This document shows, in pieces, positions 47,410 to 57,871 of a DNA stretch of 64,000 nt (position 1 is its first letter; each line of letters starts with the position of its first letter). Origin of the DNA: an uncultured archaeon (GTDB lineage Archaea; Aenigmatarchaeota; Aenigmatarchaeia; Aenigmatarchaeales; Aenigmatarchaeaceae); contig CAYFXV010000003.1 of assembly GCA_964347265.1 (NCBI GenBank), forward strand, positions 3,001 through 67,000, in the 5' to 3' direction. The notes beneath the pieces are model-generated. The model made no database searches. It was given only the letters and a program-made list of their open reading frames with translations, and was not told where the DNA came from. A program made the translations under genes and the position numbers.

Positions 47410-49068
47410 TCACATTTTTTCTAGAATAGGTATGCCTAACAATTTTAGACCAGTTTCTAAAACTGTTTTTACTGCATCTACAAGTTTTAATCTTGCATTC
47501 TTTAAATTTTCTTCAGAGTTTAAAACTGGTAAAGTTTGATAAAATCTATTAAAAGCATCTGACAATTCATACAAATAATTTGCTACATAATGTGGTTTTA
47601 ATTCTTTCAAAACTTTTTCTAAAATTTGTGGATATCTTGAAAGTAATTTTAAGATTTCTTTTTCTTTTTCATCTTTTAGATATTTTGAATCAAAATGTTT
47701 TATCTTTGCTTTTTTTAATATAGAGTTTGCTCTTGCATATGTGTATTGAAGATAGGGGCCTGTATTGCCATCAAATTTTAAAACTTCGTCCCAAACAAAT
47801 ATAACATTTTTTTCAGGACTAACTTTTACTACACTATATCTAACAGCTCCAACAGCAACTTTTTTTGCTCTTTTTTCTTTTTCATCTTTAGACAATTTTG
47901 GATATCTTTTTTCAATTTCTTTTAAAGCTTTTTCATAAACTTCTTTAATAAAATCTCTTAATAATACTAGTTCTCCTTTTCTAGTACTCATCTTTCCTGT
48001 TGGTAATAAAACAAAAGAATAATGAGTAACTTTCGGTGGTTCGTATCCTAAAATTTTAAGAGCTGCTGATAATTGTTTAAAATAAAGTTTATGATCTTCT
48101 CCCAAAATAACTATGTTAAGATCTTTTGCTCTTTTAATTTTGTCTATAGTATATGCTATATCTTTCAAATTATACAAACTTGTTCCGTCCGACCTTAATA
48201 AAACAAAGGCAGGAGATTCCATTGGTATGTCAAAACCTTTTAAATCAAGAACTTTTCTACCATTTTCATCTGTGAATATCTTATCTGTTTTTTCAAGTTT
48301 TTCTAAAACCTCATCAGTCTTTTTATTAATGATATAGTCACTTTCATAATCAAAATAATCATAATTTATACCCAGTTCAGATAATATATCTGCCTGACCT
48401 TTAACGCATAAAGAAACTATTCTCTTAAACAAATCCATAGTTTCTTTGTGTCCTTTCTCAAATTTTAAAAGGATTTCAAAAACTTTTTTTTCATCTTCAG
48501 GATTTTCTTCTACTTTTTTACTTGTTTTAATATATATTTCCAACAAATCTTCAAACTTTAATTTTTTAATATCTTCACTCATAGCACCATAAACTAAAGT
48601 AGCTATTTGTTTTCCAACATCATTAACAAGATAATGAACTTCTGTCTCATAACCTAGAAATTTAATTAACCTAACCAAAGAGTCTCCAATAATAGCGTTT
48701 CTTGCTCTACCAACATGTGGGGAAGCATTGGGATTTATACTTGTATGTTCAATTAAAGCTTTCTTATCTTTTATTGTAAATCCTCCATATTTCTCATCTA
48801 TAATTTTTAATAATTCCTGACCAAATTCTTTCCAATCAACATAAAAATTTATATAAGACCTCATAGCCTCTATCTTTTCAATATGTTTTACCTTTAATTT
48901 TTTAGCTAATTCTTTAGCTAATTCTTTAGGGTCTTTTTTTAATCTTTTAGATAGAGAAAAGCAAGGATAAGCAAAATCTCCATATCTTTCTGGTTCTTCT
49001 ATTTCGTCTATACTTACATCTAATGTTTTTGCTATTTCTTGTTTTAAAGATAACCATAGGTTTTGCAT
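47410..49068 (-). CDS. argS: Arginyl-tRNA synthetase
   Basis: Class I HIGH-like motif (PNASPHVGRARN) and a KMSTRKG (KMSK) motif. Length 552 aa. Confidence 0.85.
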   Translation of the reverse strand: MQNLWLSLKQEIAKTLDVSIDEIEEPERYGDFAYPCFSLSKRLKKDPKELAKELAKKLKVKHIEKIEAMRSYINFYVDWKEFGQELLKIIDEKYGGFTIKDKKALIEHTSINPNASPHVGRARNAIIGDSLVRLIKFLGYETEVHYLVNDVGKQIATLVYGAMSEDIKKLKFEDLLEIYIKTSKKVEENPEDEKKVFEILLKFEKGHKETMDLFKRIVSLCVKGQADILSELGINYDYFDYESDYIINKKTDEVLEKLEKTDKIFTDENGRKVLDLKGFDIPMESPAFVLLRSDGTSLYNLKDIAYTIDKIKRAKDLNIVILGEDHKLYFKQLSAALKILGYEPPKVTHYSFVLLPTGKMSTRKGELVLLRDFIKEVYEKALKEIEKRYPKLSKDEKEKRAKKVAVGAVRYSVVKVSPEKNVIFVWDEVLKFDGNTGPYLQYTYARANSILKKAKIKHFDSKYLKDEKEKEILKLLSRYPQILEKVLKELKPHYVANYLYELSDAFNRFYQTLPVLNSEENLKNARLKLVDAVKTVLETGLKLLGIPILEKM

Positions 49069-49140
49069 AAAAATCCTATAATATTATTGATTTTAACTAA
49101 ATAAGTAATCTTTTTCTTAAAGGTTTAACAATTTTTACCT

Positions 49141-49548
49141 ATGAAAGGACAGACTGGTTTTGAGTACTTAATGATTTTTTCAATAGTTATAGTCTTAGTA
49201 TTAATTTTAGTAACTTTTGCTGGACAACTTACTGAAAGAAATAAAGAAGAAATAAGAATATCAAATGCTATGGCAGTAGTAAATGAAATAGTAGACACGG
49301 CAAACATAGTGAACACACAGGGAAAACCCACGTCTCTGACATTAACATCTGTTTATATTCCCGAAGGAGTAGAATCAATAGATATTACTGGTAAAACTAT
49401 TTTAATGAAAATTAGAATAGGTGGTGGCATAAGTGATATTTTTGCAACATCAAAGGCAAATTTACAAGGTTCTATATCAAGCACTCAAGGAATAAAGAGG
49501 ATAAAAATAAAAGCAGAGGATAATTATGTTAACATCACAGAAGTCTGA
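49141..49548 (+). CDS. Type IV pilin (class III signal peptide MKG|QTGFEYLMIF)
   Basis: Short MKG leader, Q+1/E+5 and a hydrophobic helix. Paralog of 57872..58345 (same first 14 nt). Confidence 0.65.
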   Translation: MKGQTGFEYLMIFSIVIVLVLILVTFAGQLTERNKEEIRISNAMAVVNEIVDTANIVNTQGKPTSLTLTSVYIPEGVESIDITGKTILMKIRIGGGISDIFATSKANLQGSISSTQGIKRIKIKAEDNYVNITEV

Positions 49549-49936
49549 AGTTTCAATAGAATTTATTAGTTTAGTTGGTTTTATATTAATTATTTTTATT
49601 GTTATTTTAATTACTGTTGGTCTTAAAAACGATGAAATAGCTGAATCAACTGTTTTTTCAGATGCACAAAAAATTGCTAATTTAATAGCAAATGAAATTA
49701 ATTTTGCAGCTAGTATAGAAGGCTATTACAGAGAGTTTACACTACCTTCAAAACTTATAGACAATATAGAATATAATGTTTCTATTAATACAAATTTGAG
49801 GTTTGTTGAAGTTAAATGGAATGGTAAAAATGCTGTTTCTCGCATAATTACAGAAAATATTAATGGAGAAGTAAAACCTGGATTGAATAGAATTAGAATT
49901 AAAAATGATGAGGGGTTGGTCTTAATTGAAAGCTGA
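49526..49936 (+). CDS. Pilin-like protein (divergent class III signal)
   Basis: MLTSQKSEVSIEFISLVGFILIIF N-terminus. Overlaps its neighbours. Confidence 0.4.
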   Translation: MLTSQKSEVSIEFISLVGFILIIFIVILITVGLKNDEIAESTVFSDAQKIANLIANEINFAASIEGYYREFTLPSKLIDNIEYNVSINTNLRFVEVKWNGKNAVSRIITENINGEVKPGLNRIRIKNDEGLVLIES

Positions 49937-50414
49937 ATTATTCTCCTCGGATTTTGTTATGGGATTATTCATATTTTTAATAGGAATAGTTATATTTGAG
50001 GTATTTTATAGTAACCTTTACGCAGAAATAAACGATTATGGGATTCGTGATGACATACAAGCAAAACTTAATAGCATAGCAGATTTTTTGGCAACAAGTA
50101 CTGGTTATCCAGAATACTGGGACAATAATACTGTAAAAGTTATAGGACTTTTTAATTCTGGTTTAATAAACTTAACTAAATTTAATGAACTTCAAAAAAT
50201 AGAATACCACACTGTAAAAAAAATGATGGGTGCTGGAAGTTATGAAATTTATATTGAAGTTCAAAATGAGACGGGAGACCTTATAAATGATTATAAATAT
50301 GGTACCAAAGAAGGTGAAAATGCTAATCAAGTTTTTTATGTAAAAAGATTAGGTTTGATCGATTGGAATGGCAATGTAACAAAGGCTATTTTAAATGTTG
50401 GTGTTTGGTTATGA
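49926..50414 (+). CDS. Pilin-like / FlaF-FlaG-like N-terminally anchored protein
   Basis: MKAELFSSDFVMGLFIFLIGIVIF N-terminal helix. Length 162 aa. Confidence 0.4.
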   Translation: MKAELFSSDFVMGLFIFLIGIVIFEVFYSNLYAEINDYGIRDDIQAKLNSIADFLATSTGYPEYWDNNTVKVIGLFNSGLINLTKFNELQKIEYHTVKKMMGAGSYEIYIEVQNETGDLINDYKYGTKEGENANQVFYVKRLGLIDWNGNVTKAILNVGVWL

Positions 50415-52294
50415 GAGGTATTATTTTTACTTTAGATGCTTTGATAGCCCTTGGCATAATAATAGGACTAATAACTGGTTTAATTTTCTTCAGAACAAAG
50501 ATAGCATCACCTTATCTAGCTTCCCAACAACTACATTTCATATCAGAGGATGTATTAACAGTTTTTTCTAACTCTAAACTCAGAGATGTTGTTGATAATC
50601 AAACTTTATTGGATCAATATATATCAGATGGTATTTTAAATCAAAGTGATTTAGATGAAAAAACAATAGATGTTATAGGTGCTCTATGGTCTGCTGGAAA
50701 TGTATCTGAAGCAGCAAATCTAACAAAAGATATTTTAGATGATTTTATTCCAAGTAATATTGGTTATGAATTTCTGATAGACAATGATCCCATTTACAAT
50801 TCTTCAGACACAACAAGACCAAGTTATGGAGATTCAACAATAGAAATTTCTTCTGGTAGAATTGTTTCTGGTTATGAAAAAGGTAAAGCTACAAGAGGAT
50901 ATGTTGCAAGAGCTATAGCAAGAAGAATAAATAAAAATAATACGCTTGTTGTAATGGGCGATCTCATAACTACTAGTGTAGCAAGTGCCCAAAATAAAAT
51001 AAATATAAGTTATATTGCAGACCTGCCAGATGATGCTACTATTCTAGATACTTATTGGTTTATAGAAGCTACTTGGGGAATTAAAAATAAATTTAGTTGT
51101 TGGATGAATGGTGAAAAAATAGATGGATGTGAAGGAGCAATAGGTAATACAAAATTAGAATCTGGAGATTATATAGACCTTCTACAGCCTGGACACAATA
51201 TAGGTAAAATAGTTTATAGAAAATTCTCGGATGAACCAACTGCTGGTGATGATGGAGCAACACATTTAGTTATAACGTATAACACCTCTCAATTATCAAC
51301 TCTCCAAGAATTTGGAAAACAATATTTTCAAACTACGATTTCAGAAGCACCTATAGAATATAAAAAACCAATATTCACAATTAATGATATTTATAACATG
51401 AGTATTCATATTAATCTTACCAATACAACAGAAGTTAAAAATGTGACGTTAAAGTTCATGTGGAATGGACAAGGTTATAATATAAGTATAAAAAATGTTA
51501 CAAACGGCACAGTAGATTGGAATGATACAGAAATAAAAAGTGTTTTGAACTCTAATGGAATTTCATATGATCTCTTGACTGGCAGATATTTCTGGTTTAT
51601 TGTTGAAATTGATCCTTATAGGGGAGATGAAACAATGAGTTATGAAAGAAAAATAGTTGGTGAAGATTCTTATGTAAGTCTCAATTATTCTAAAATTCTC
51701 GACATAGGAGCAATATATAATTATATTGATATGACAAGAACACTTACAGATTATATTGCTGAAGATGTTGATCCTAACTTTGGGATGTCGGGTTTTTATA
51801 GGTATATCAGATGGGACTTTAATTTAACAAGTAAAATTCCTTTAATGGCTAGATGGCAATATCCATGGGGCCATTGGGCTGGGTGGGATCCATTACAACT
51901 TGTAAGAGCAAATAACATTACGATTTATAATCACGACCCAACTAATGCATCGAGTGATCCTTTTATGAAGGCATTTGTTAGATTTGGTTATAATGCTAAT
52001 CCATATGGTGTTCTTATTAGTGATGATAATAAATTTGAACTTAATTTCAGTGATGGTTATTCCATTAATCCTGCAGATTCTTTTGGAGATACTACATTTT
52101 TAGTACCAGCATCTGTAGGTTATGGCGATTTATTTGAAAATGAAACTGATGCAGTTGATGATGCAGTCCAACGGTTGCAGGACGTATTAGGTGAAGACAT
52201 TTCAGTTATGGAATTGATCGTAGATGCTGTTAGAATTGGTGGTGTTCCTTATATGTGGGGACCAGTTAGTGCAAGAGTTAAAACGTGGGTGTAG
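50411..52294 (+). CDS. Large pilin-like protein (628 aa), candidate minor pilin / tip adhesin
   Basis: ATG at 50411 overlaps the upstream stop (ATGA). The N-terminus MRG|IIFTLDALIALGIIIGLI resembles a prepilin F-T-L-(I/D) motif. The remainder is an N-x-T/S-rich extracellular domain. Confidence 0.55.
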   Translation: MRGIIFTLDALIALGIIIGLITGLIFFRTKIASPYLASQQLHFISEDVLTVFSNSKLRDVVDNQTLLDQYISDGILNQSDLDEKTIDVIGALWSAGNVSEAANLTKDILDDFIPSNIGYEFLIDNDPIYNSSDTTRPSYGDSTIEISSGRIVSGYEKGKATRGYVARAIARRINKNNTLVVMGDLITTSVASAQNKINISYIADLPDDATILDTYWFIEATWGIKNKFSCWMNGEKIDGCEGAIGNTKLESGDYIDLLQPGHNIGKIVYRKFSDEPTAGDDGATHLVITYNTSQLSTLQEFGKQYFQTTISEAPIEYKKPIFTINDIYNMSIHINLTNTTEVKNVTLKFMWNGQGYNISIKNVTNGTVDWNDTEIKSVLNSNGISYDLLTGRYFWFIVEIDPYRGDETMSYERKIVGEDSYVSLNYSKILDIGAIYNYIDMTRTLTDYIAEDVDPNFGMSGFYRYIRWDFNLTSKIPLMARWQYPWGHWAGWDPLQLVRANNITIYNHDPTNASSDPFMKAFVRFGYNANPYGVLISDDNKFELNFSDGYSINPADSFGDTTFLVPASVGYGDLFENETDAVDDAVQRLQDVLGEDISVMELIVDAVRIGGVPYMWGPVSARVKTWV

Positions 52295-52296
52295 TG

Positions 52297-53526
52297 ATGA
52301 GAGGTTTGCTTTATAGTATAATGGCGGCTTTGATTATTATTCCATTATTCAGTATCATATTTTTCTATTCTCAAATAGGACAAGAAAACATTGACATTAG
52401 TATAAGAGCTAATGAACTTAAATATTTTGTAGACAGTATTGAAGCTGATTTAAATAGGTTCATGGAAATAACAGGAAAAAGAGCTTTAATATCAGCTGTA
52501 TCTAATATTACGGTTAGTGGAATTCCTCTTGATGACGCACAAATAAGACTGAGGGAGTTAATAGAAAACGGAACCTTAAAGGGCGCACCTTCTCCACTTG
52601 TTGATACAGATAATTTAAATACATGGGAAGGAAAAATTGGAACATTGGCAAGTAATTCTGGTTTTTATCTGACTTTTGAAGTTTTAGAAATGAATGTAAC
52701 ACAAAATGATAGTTTTAATATTTTATTTGAAATTAAGGGTTTTGTAAATATTTCTGACCTGAATGCAAAAATGGGTGTTATAAGAAATATAACCGCAACA
52801 TCTATTGTTTCTATAGATAATATAGAAGATCCTCTATTCCCATTAAATACATTAGGCAGAGTATTTAGAGTAATAAGGTATTATAATTTTACTAATTATG
52901 CAAAAGATATAGTCCAAGGAACCAATGCTTCCCTTACTTCTGTTAGTGGAAATGCAACAATAATTAATTCATCCGATCTTACTGTTTCAGACGCTGATAA
53001 AATTCTTGTAACAGATATTATTGCGGACAGTAAAATAGGTATTATTATTGGATTTAAAGGAGTTGTCGCAGAAAGTGATTATGTTCCTGCTGGATTTTCA
53101 AAACCATATATTGTCGGAGCACCAAACGCAATGTCTTTAATTCAAGAAAACGAAAGAATATATTTAGATCCTAGACTATACACAAAAAAAGTTTGGGATT
53201 TGCAAAACTTAACTTCAGCTATACGAAATGGTTATTACAAATCTTCTGATAAAGGACCAAGTTTTTTAGACAGATTGGAAGGTAGATTAAGTCTTTCAGA
53301 CAAATATAATAATTATGGTTTAGAATCATTTGTTGACTTACCAGAAATATCTCAAGCAAATTTAGAAGTAGATTATACATTAAGTTGTGTTGATTATGAA
53401 TATTGGAAAAATACTACAGGTAGATCTATAAGAAATGGAGCTCCAGGCGATCCTTATGATCCGGTATTTAATTGGTTTAAAATAGATCTATTTCATCAAA
53501 ATATTTATGGTGTAAATGAACTATAA
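52297..53526 (+). CDS. Large pilin-like protein (409 aa)
   Basis: ATG lies 3 nt after the upstream stop. N-terminus MRG|LLYSIMAALIIIPLF. Confidence 0.5.
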   Translation: MRGLLYSIMAALIIIPLFSIIFFYSQIGQENIDISIRANELKYFVDSIEADLNRFMEITGKRALISAVSNITVSGIPLDDAQIRLRELIENGTLKGAPSPLVDTDNLNTWEGKIGTLASNSGFYLTFEVLEMNVTQNDSFNILFEIKGFVNISDLNAKMGVIRNITATSIVSIDNIEDPLFPLNTLGRVFRVIRYYNFTNYAKDIVQGTNASLTSVSGNATIINSSDLTVSDADKILVTDIIADSKIGIIIGFKGVVAESDYVPAGFSKPYIVGAPNAMSLIQENERIYLDPRLYTKKVWDLQNLTSAIRNGYYKSSDKGPSFLDRLEGRLSLSDKYNNYGLESFVDLPEISQANLEVDYTLSCVDYEYWKNTTGRSIRNGAPGDPYDPVFNWFKIDLFHQNIYGVNEL

Positions 53527-53543
53527 TTTGAATAGGGAATTAA

Positions 53544-54383
53544 ATGGTTAATATTAAAGAAATGATTATTGAAACCCCAATAGATAAACTTATAAGATTA
53601 GTTAAAGAGAGGGAAAAAATAACTTTTAGTGAAGCAGCTGAAGCTCTCGGTGTTAATCAAAAACAAATAGAACAATGGGTAAGAGTTCTAGAAGAACGTG
53701 ATTTCGTAGAATTAAGATATCCAGCAATTGGAGAACCGATTATAGTTCTCAAAAAAATTAAAGAAAAGAAAATAGCTAAGAAAATTGAGAAGGAGAGGGA
53801 AAAAATTGAGAAAAAGACAGAAAAATTTGAAGAAAAAATAATAGAAACTGAAAAGAAAATAGAGGTATCGCACAAGAGTGTCTCCAAATTAGAAAAGGAG
53901 TTGCATAAAAAATTAGAGGGTGTAGAAAAAAATCTTAAATTTTTAGAATCTTTAGAGGGCAAAAAACAGGAAGTGATAAAAGGAACAAAAGAAATAGAAG
54001 ATGTAACAAAAAATGTAACAAAAAGCTTTGAAGAATTAAAATCAAGCGTAGAAAAGATGGACCAACAAATAAATGAAAAAATTAAATTTATAGAAGCTCA
54101 TGAAGACCAAATAAAAAATTTGGAAGAGTTCAGAAATGAAATAAAAGAGGATATAGAAAAGCTGGATGCAGAAATTAAACTAACAAAACTTATTTTAAAA
54201 GGTAAAAAAATGCCTTCTGTAAATCCATTAAAAAGATTATTCGGAAAGCATGGTAAAAAAACTGAAAAAGTGAAAAACAAACATAAAAAACTGCACAAAA
54301 AAGTTTCCAATATGAAAGAAAAAGTAAAAAAGAAGAAAAATAAAGCCAAGAAAAGGTCAAGTATTTATAAGGATTTTTGGTGA
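53544..54383 (+). CDS. wHTH plus long coiled-coil protein with a basic tail, embedded in the pilus locus
   Basis: N-terminal LIRLVKEREKITFSEAAEALGVNQKQIEQWVRVLEERDFVELRYP, then about 150 aa of KE-rich heptads. Confidence 0.5.
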   Translation: MVNIKEMIIETPIDKLIRLVKEREKITFSEAAEALGVNQKQIEQWVRVLEERDFVELRYPAIGEPIIVLKKIKEKKIAKKIEKEREKIEKKTEKFEEKIIETEKKIEVSHKSVSKLEKELHKKLEGVEKNLKFLESLEGKKQEVIKGTKEIEDVTKNVTKSFEELKSSVEKMDQQINEKIKFIEAHEDQIKNLEEFRNEIKEDIEKLDAEIKLTKLILKGKKMPSVNPLKRLFGKHGKKTEKVKNKHKKLHKKVSNMKEKVKKKKNKAKKRSSIYKDFW

Positions 54384-54396
54384 ATTTGGTGAATAA

Positions 54397-55947
54397 ATGG
54401 TAAAAGATATAATCGATAATTATCAGATAGAATCAGACAAAGTACCTGCAAAGATTAGTATAATAAAAAGACCAGAAGAATATACCCCTGTTTATGAAGT
54501 CAAGTTCCCAACAATAGAGCCTGCAACAAGAGCAATATTAGATTCTATAAAAGAAAAACTAATAGAAATTGTAAAAATAGAAATAAGCGAGATTTTAGAT
54601 CCTAAAGCCATGGAAAGCATTAAAAAGAGGTTCTTAGAGAGTGCTATTGAAACCATTTCTAAAGAAATGCCTAAAGTTTCAGACGAAGAGAAAAACATAT
54701 TGGCTGGATATCTTGTTCATGAAATGCTTGGTTTAGGAAGGCTTGAGGTTGTATTAAATGATGACAACTTAGAAGAACTAGTTATAAACAATTCTACTGA
54801 ATGCGCTTGGGTATTTCATAAAAAATTTGGATGGTTAAAAACAAACATAATGATTCCATCAGAGGAACAAATATACAATTATGCAAGTCTAATTGGAAGA
54901 AAAATTGGTAGAGAGATAACTAATTTAAGTCCATTAATGGATGCTCATTTAATAACTGGAGATAGAGTTAATGCTACTCTGTTTCCGATATCAACAAAAG
55001 GAAATACCATAACAATAAGAAAATTTAGAAGAGAGCCTTGGACAATGATAGATTTCATAGACCCTATGTATAAAACACTTACAATGGAAATAGCTGCCCT
55101 GTTATGGTTATGCATGCAGTATGAATTAAACATATTAGTTGCTGGTGGAACTGCTTCAGGAAAAACTTCAGTATTAAATGCTTTAATGCCATTCATACCA
55201 CCAAACCACAGAATAATCTCAATAGAAGATACAAGAGAATTAAGACTTCCAGATTTCTTGCACTGGATTCCTTTAACAACAAGAGAACCGAATCCAGAAG
55301 GAAGAGGGGAAATAAAAATGTTAGATCTATTAGTGAATTCATTAAGAATGAGGCCTGATAGAGTTGTTGTAGGAGAGATAAGAAGACAAGCAGAAGCTGA
55401 AGTTTTATTTGAGGCAATGCATACTGGCCATAGTGTTTATGCAACTTTACATGCTGATACAGCTGAGCAAGTAATAAGAAGACTAACTAATCCACCTATT
55501 GATCTACCAGAAACTTTGTTAGAAGCTTTGCATTTAGTTATAGTTCAATTTAGACATAGAAGAAGAGGAATAAGAAGAACATTACAAGTAGCAGAATTAC
55601 TTCCAGGAGGTGCAAGAGGTGAAGCTAAGGCAAGATTGGAAACATTATACAGGTGGAAACCTCAAACTGATAAAATAGTAAAAGTTAGGGACAGTATGAG
55701 GTTGATAGATGAAATAAGAATGCACACAGGAATGACAGACGAAGAAATGGAAAAAGATTTGGGGGAAAAGGAAACAGTCCTACAGTGGATGTTAGAAAAT
55801 AAAATAAATACTGTAAATACTGTAGGAAAAGTTATTGCTGATTATTATCATGATAAAGAAAAAGTATTAAAAATAATTAATATAAAAGGTAAACCCGAGG
55901 AAATTCTTGGACCAAGCTTTATGAAAGAACTTAAAAAGGCTGTTTAA
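54397..55947 (+). CDS. Type IV pilus / secretion assembly ATPase (FlaI/TadA/GspE family)
   Basis: Walker A LVAGGTASGKTS, Asp box, Walker B RPDRVVVGEIR and His box ATLHAD. Confidence 0.9.
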   Translation: MVKDIIDNYQIESDKVPAKISIIKRPEEYTPVYEVKFPTIEPATRAILDSIKEKLIEIVKIEISEILDPKAMESIKKRFLESAIETISKEMPKVSDEEKNILAGYLVHEMLGLGRLEVVLNDDNLEELVINNSTECAWVFHKKFGWLKTNIMIPSEEQIYNYASLIGRKIGREITNLSPLMDAHLITGDRVNATLFPISTKGNTITIRKFRREPWTMIDFIDPMYKTLTMEIAALLWLCMQYELNILVAGGTASGKTSVLNALMPFIPPNHRIISIEDTRELRLPDFLHWIPLTTREPNPEGRGEIKMLDLLVNSLRMRPDRVVVGEIRRQAEAEVLFEAMHTGHSVYATLHADTAEQVIRRLTNPPIDLPETLLEALHLVIVQFRHRRRGIRRTLQVAELLPGGARGEAKARLETLYRWKPQTDKIVKVRDSMRLIDEIRMHTGMTDEEMEKDLGEKETVLQWMLENKINTVNTVGKVIADYYHDKEKVLKIINIKGKPEEILGPSFMKELKKAV

Positions 55948-55948
55948 A

Positions 55949-56824
55949 ATGATAATTCCTTTTGTTCCATTTCCACCTAAAAAAATGGCAAAAGAAGCAG
56001 TAACACATTTCTCAAAATTCGGAGATATAATATGTAAATCTTTTCCATCTTTAAAACTAACTCTTTATCAAGCTAAAATTGGGCTAAGACCAAGAGAATA
56101 TGCATCCATGATTGTATTAACAAGTATTTTTTATTTTATATTATTGACACCCTTAATTTTTTGGATAGGTTTAGTTGCTGGCAAAATAGATTTTTTTCTT
56201 CCTTTTGTAGTCGGTGGTGTTTTTTCTCTTTTCATTTTCTTTTATTTAATACAATATCCAAGACTTGTTGCTAGCAGAAGAATGAGAATTTTAGAATCAG
56301 ATTTATTAAATTCTTTACAACACATGTTAATAGAAATTAAATCGGGTGTTCCACTCTTTAATTCAATGATAAGCATAAGTATTGGTTATGGAGAAATAAG
56401 TGAAGAATTTAAAAAAGTAGTAAGAGAGATAAATGCTGGGAAACCTGAAATAAAAGCTTTAGAAGAGGCATCAAGAAGAAACCCTTCCCTATACTTTAGA
56501 AGAACTTTATGGCAATTAACAAACTCGATTAAAGCTGGAAGTGATGTTGGTGACGCTCTTGAAGCTATTGTTCACAATTTAACACAAGAACAGATAATAG
56601 CAATAAGAAAGTATGGCCGAGAATTAAGTCCCTACACATTAATTTACATGTTAATTGCAATAATTATGCCAACATTAGGAATAACATTTTTAATTATATT
56701 ATCTTCTTTTGCAGGTATTGACATTCCGAAACTAATATTTCCTTTAATAGTAATTGCTTTAGCTGTATTCCAATACTTTTACATGGGAATAATAAAAACT
56801 AAAAGGCCTTTAATGGTGAGGTAA
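55949..56824 (+). CDS. T2SSF-domain platform protein (TadB-like half of a split FlaJ)
   Basis: A single T2SSF-like domain (LLNSLQHMLIEIKSGVPLFNSM...) plus TM helices. Confidence 0.65.
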   Translation: MIIPFVPFPPKKMAKEAVTHFSKFGDIICKSFPSLKLTLYQAKIGLRPREYASMIVLTSIFYFILLTPLIFWIGLVAGKIDFFLPFVVGGVFSLFIFFYLIQYPRLVASRRMRILESDLLNSLQHMLIEIKSGVPLFNSMISISIGYGEISEEFKKVVREINAGKPEIKALEEASRRNPSLYFRRTLWQLTNSIKAGSDVGDALEAIVHNLTQEQIIAIRKYGRELSPYTLIYMLIAIIMPTLGITFLIILSSFAGIDIPKLIFPLIVIALAVFQYFYMGIIKTKRPLMVR

Positions 56825-57817
56825 TTGAAAGATATTTACTATTTAACTCCGAAAAGATATAGAGATTTTTTCAAGAAACAAATAAGGTATGCTGGAGTAA
56901 AAGAGTCTACTACAAACAGAATAGTTGGAATCTCATATTTCTTATCAATATTACTAGCTATTAATTTTTCTTTTATTTTCTTACTATTTGGTTTCGGCCC
57001 TCTAGGATTTTTAATGGGTTTGGGAATTGGTTTTGGTGTTATAATTTGCACTTATTTAATTTTCATGTTTGTTGCAGATTCAAGGGCCAATCAAATTGAA
57101 AAGGTTTTGCCTGATGCTTTGTTATTAATGTCTGCAAACATTAGAGCTGGAATGACTGTTGACAGGGCAATATGGCTCTCTGCAAGACCAGAATTTGGGG
57201 TTCTTGAAGAAGAAATTAAAAAGGTTGGTGCAAGAACAATGGGAGGAAAACCATTGAAAATAGCACTGACTGAAATGACAAAAAACATTAAATCAAAAAT
57301 ACTAAATAGGACAGTAAAATTATTATTAGAAGGAATTAAATCTGGGGGCGAGATAGCTCATTTATTAGAAGAAACTGCAAATAATATAAGAATCAATCAA
57401 ACTCTTAAAAAAGAGATAAAGTCATCAGTAATGACTTACTCTATATTTATACTTTTTGCTGCTGTAATTGCAGCTCCGTTTTTATTTTCAATAAGTCTTT
57501 TCTTTGTTGATACAATGACAAGTCTTTGGGGTTCAGCAAGTTTTGGTGCAGGAGTAACAGGAACAACAATGGGCGTGGGAGGTCCATTCCAGAAAGCTAG
57601 AGGACCTCAAATAAATGTAGCTGATTTATTATGGTTTTCAATATCAACATTAGCTGTAACAGCATTCTTTGGTTCTCTATCAATAGGATTAATTCAAAGT
57701 GGTAAAGAAAAGAATGGATTAAAATTTATTCCAGTTTTACTCATAGGATCAATATCAGTATTATTGATATCTCAAATTGTTGTAAAGATGTTATTTGGAA
57801 GCTTTTTTGCTCTATAG
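56825..57817 (+). CDS. T2SSF-domain platform protein (TadC-like half)
   Basis: T2SSF-like domain (LLLMSANIRAGMTVDRAIWLS...) plus TM helices. The start abuts the previous stop. Confidence 0.65.
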   Translation: MKDIYYLTPKRYRDFFKKQIRYAGVKESTTNRIVGISYFLSILLAINFSFIFLLFGFGPLGFLMGLGIGFGVIICTYLIFMFVADSRANQIEKVLPDALLLMSANIRAGMTVDRAIWLSARPEFGVLEEEIKKVGARTMGGKPLKIALTEMTKNIKSKILNRTVKLLLEGIKSGGEIAHLLEETANNIRINQTLKKEIKSSVMTYSIFILFAAVIAAPFLFSISLFFVDTMTSLWGSASFGAGVTGTTMGVGGPFQKARGPQINVADLLWFSISTLAVTAFFGSLSIGLIQSGKEKNGLKFIPVLLIGSISVLLISQIVVKMLFGSFFAL

Positions 57818-57842
57818 TAATCTTTAAGTATCAAGTTAACAA

Positions 57843-57866
57843 AATAAAATATAAAATAGGAGGTAT
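57843..57866 (+). promoter_or_regulatory. TATA-like box plus GGAGGT Shine-Dalgarno upstream of the terminal pilin gene
   Basis: aaaatataaaataggaggtattaaaa immediately 5' of the ATG at 57872. Confidence 0.35.
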
Positions 57867-57871
57867 TAAAA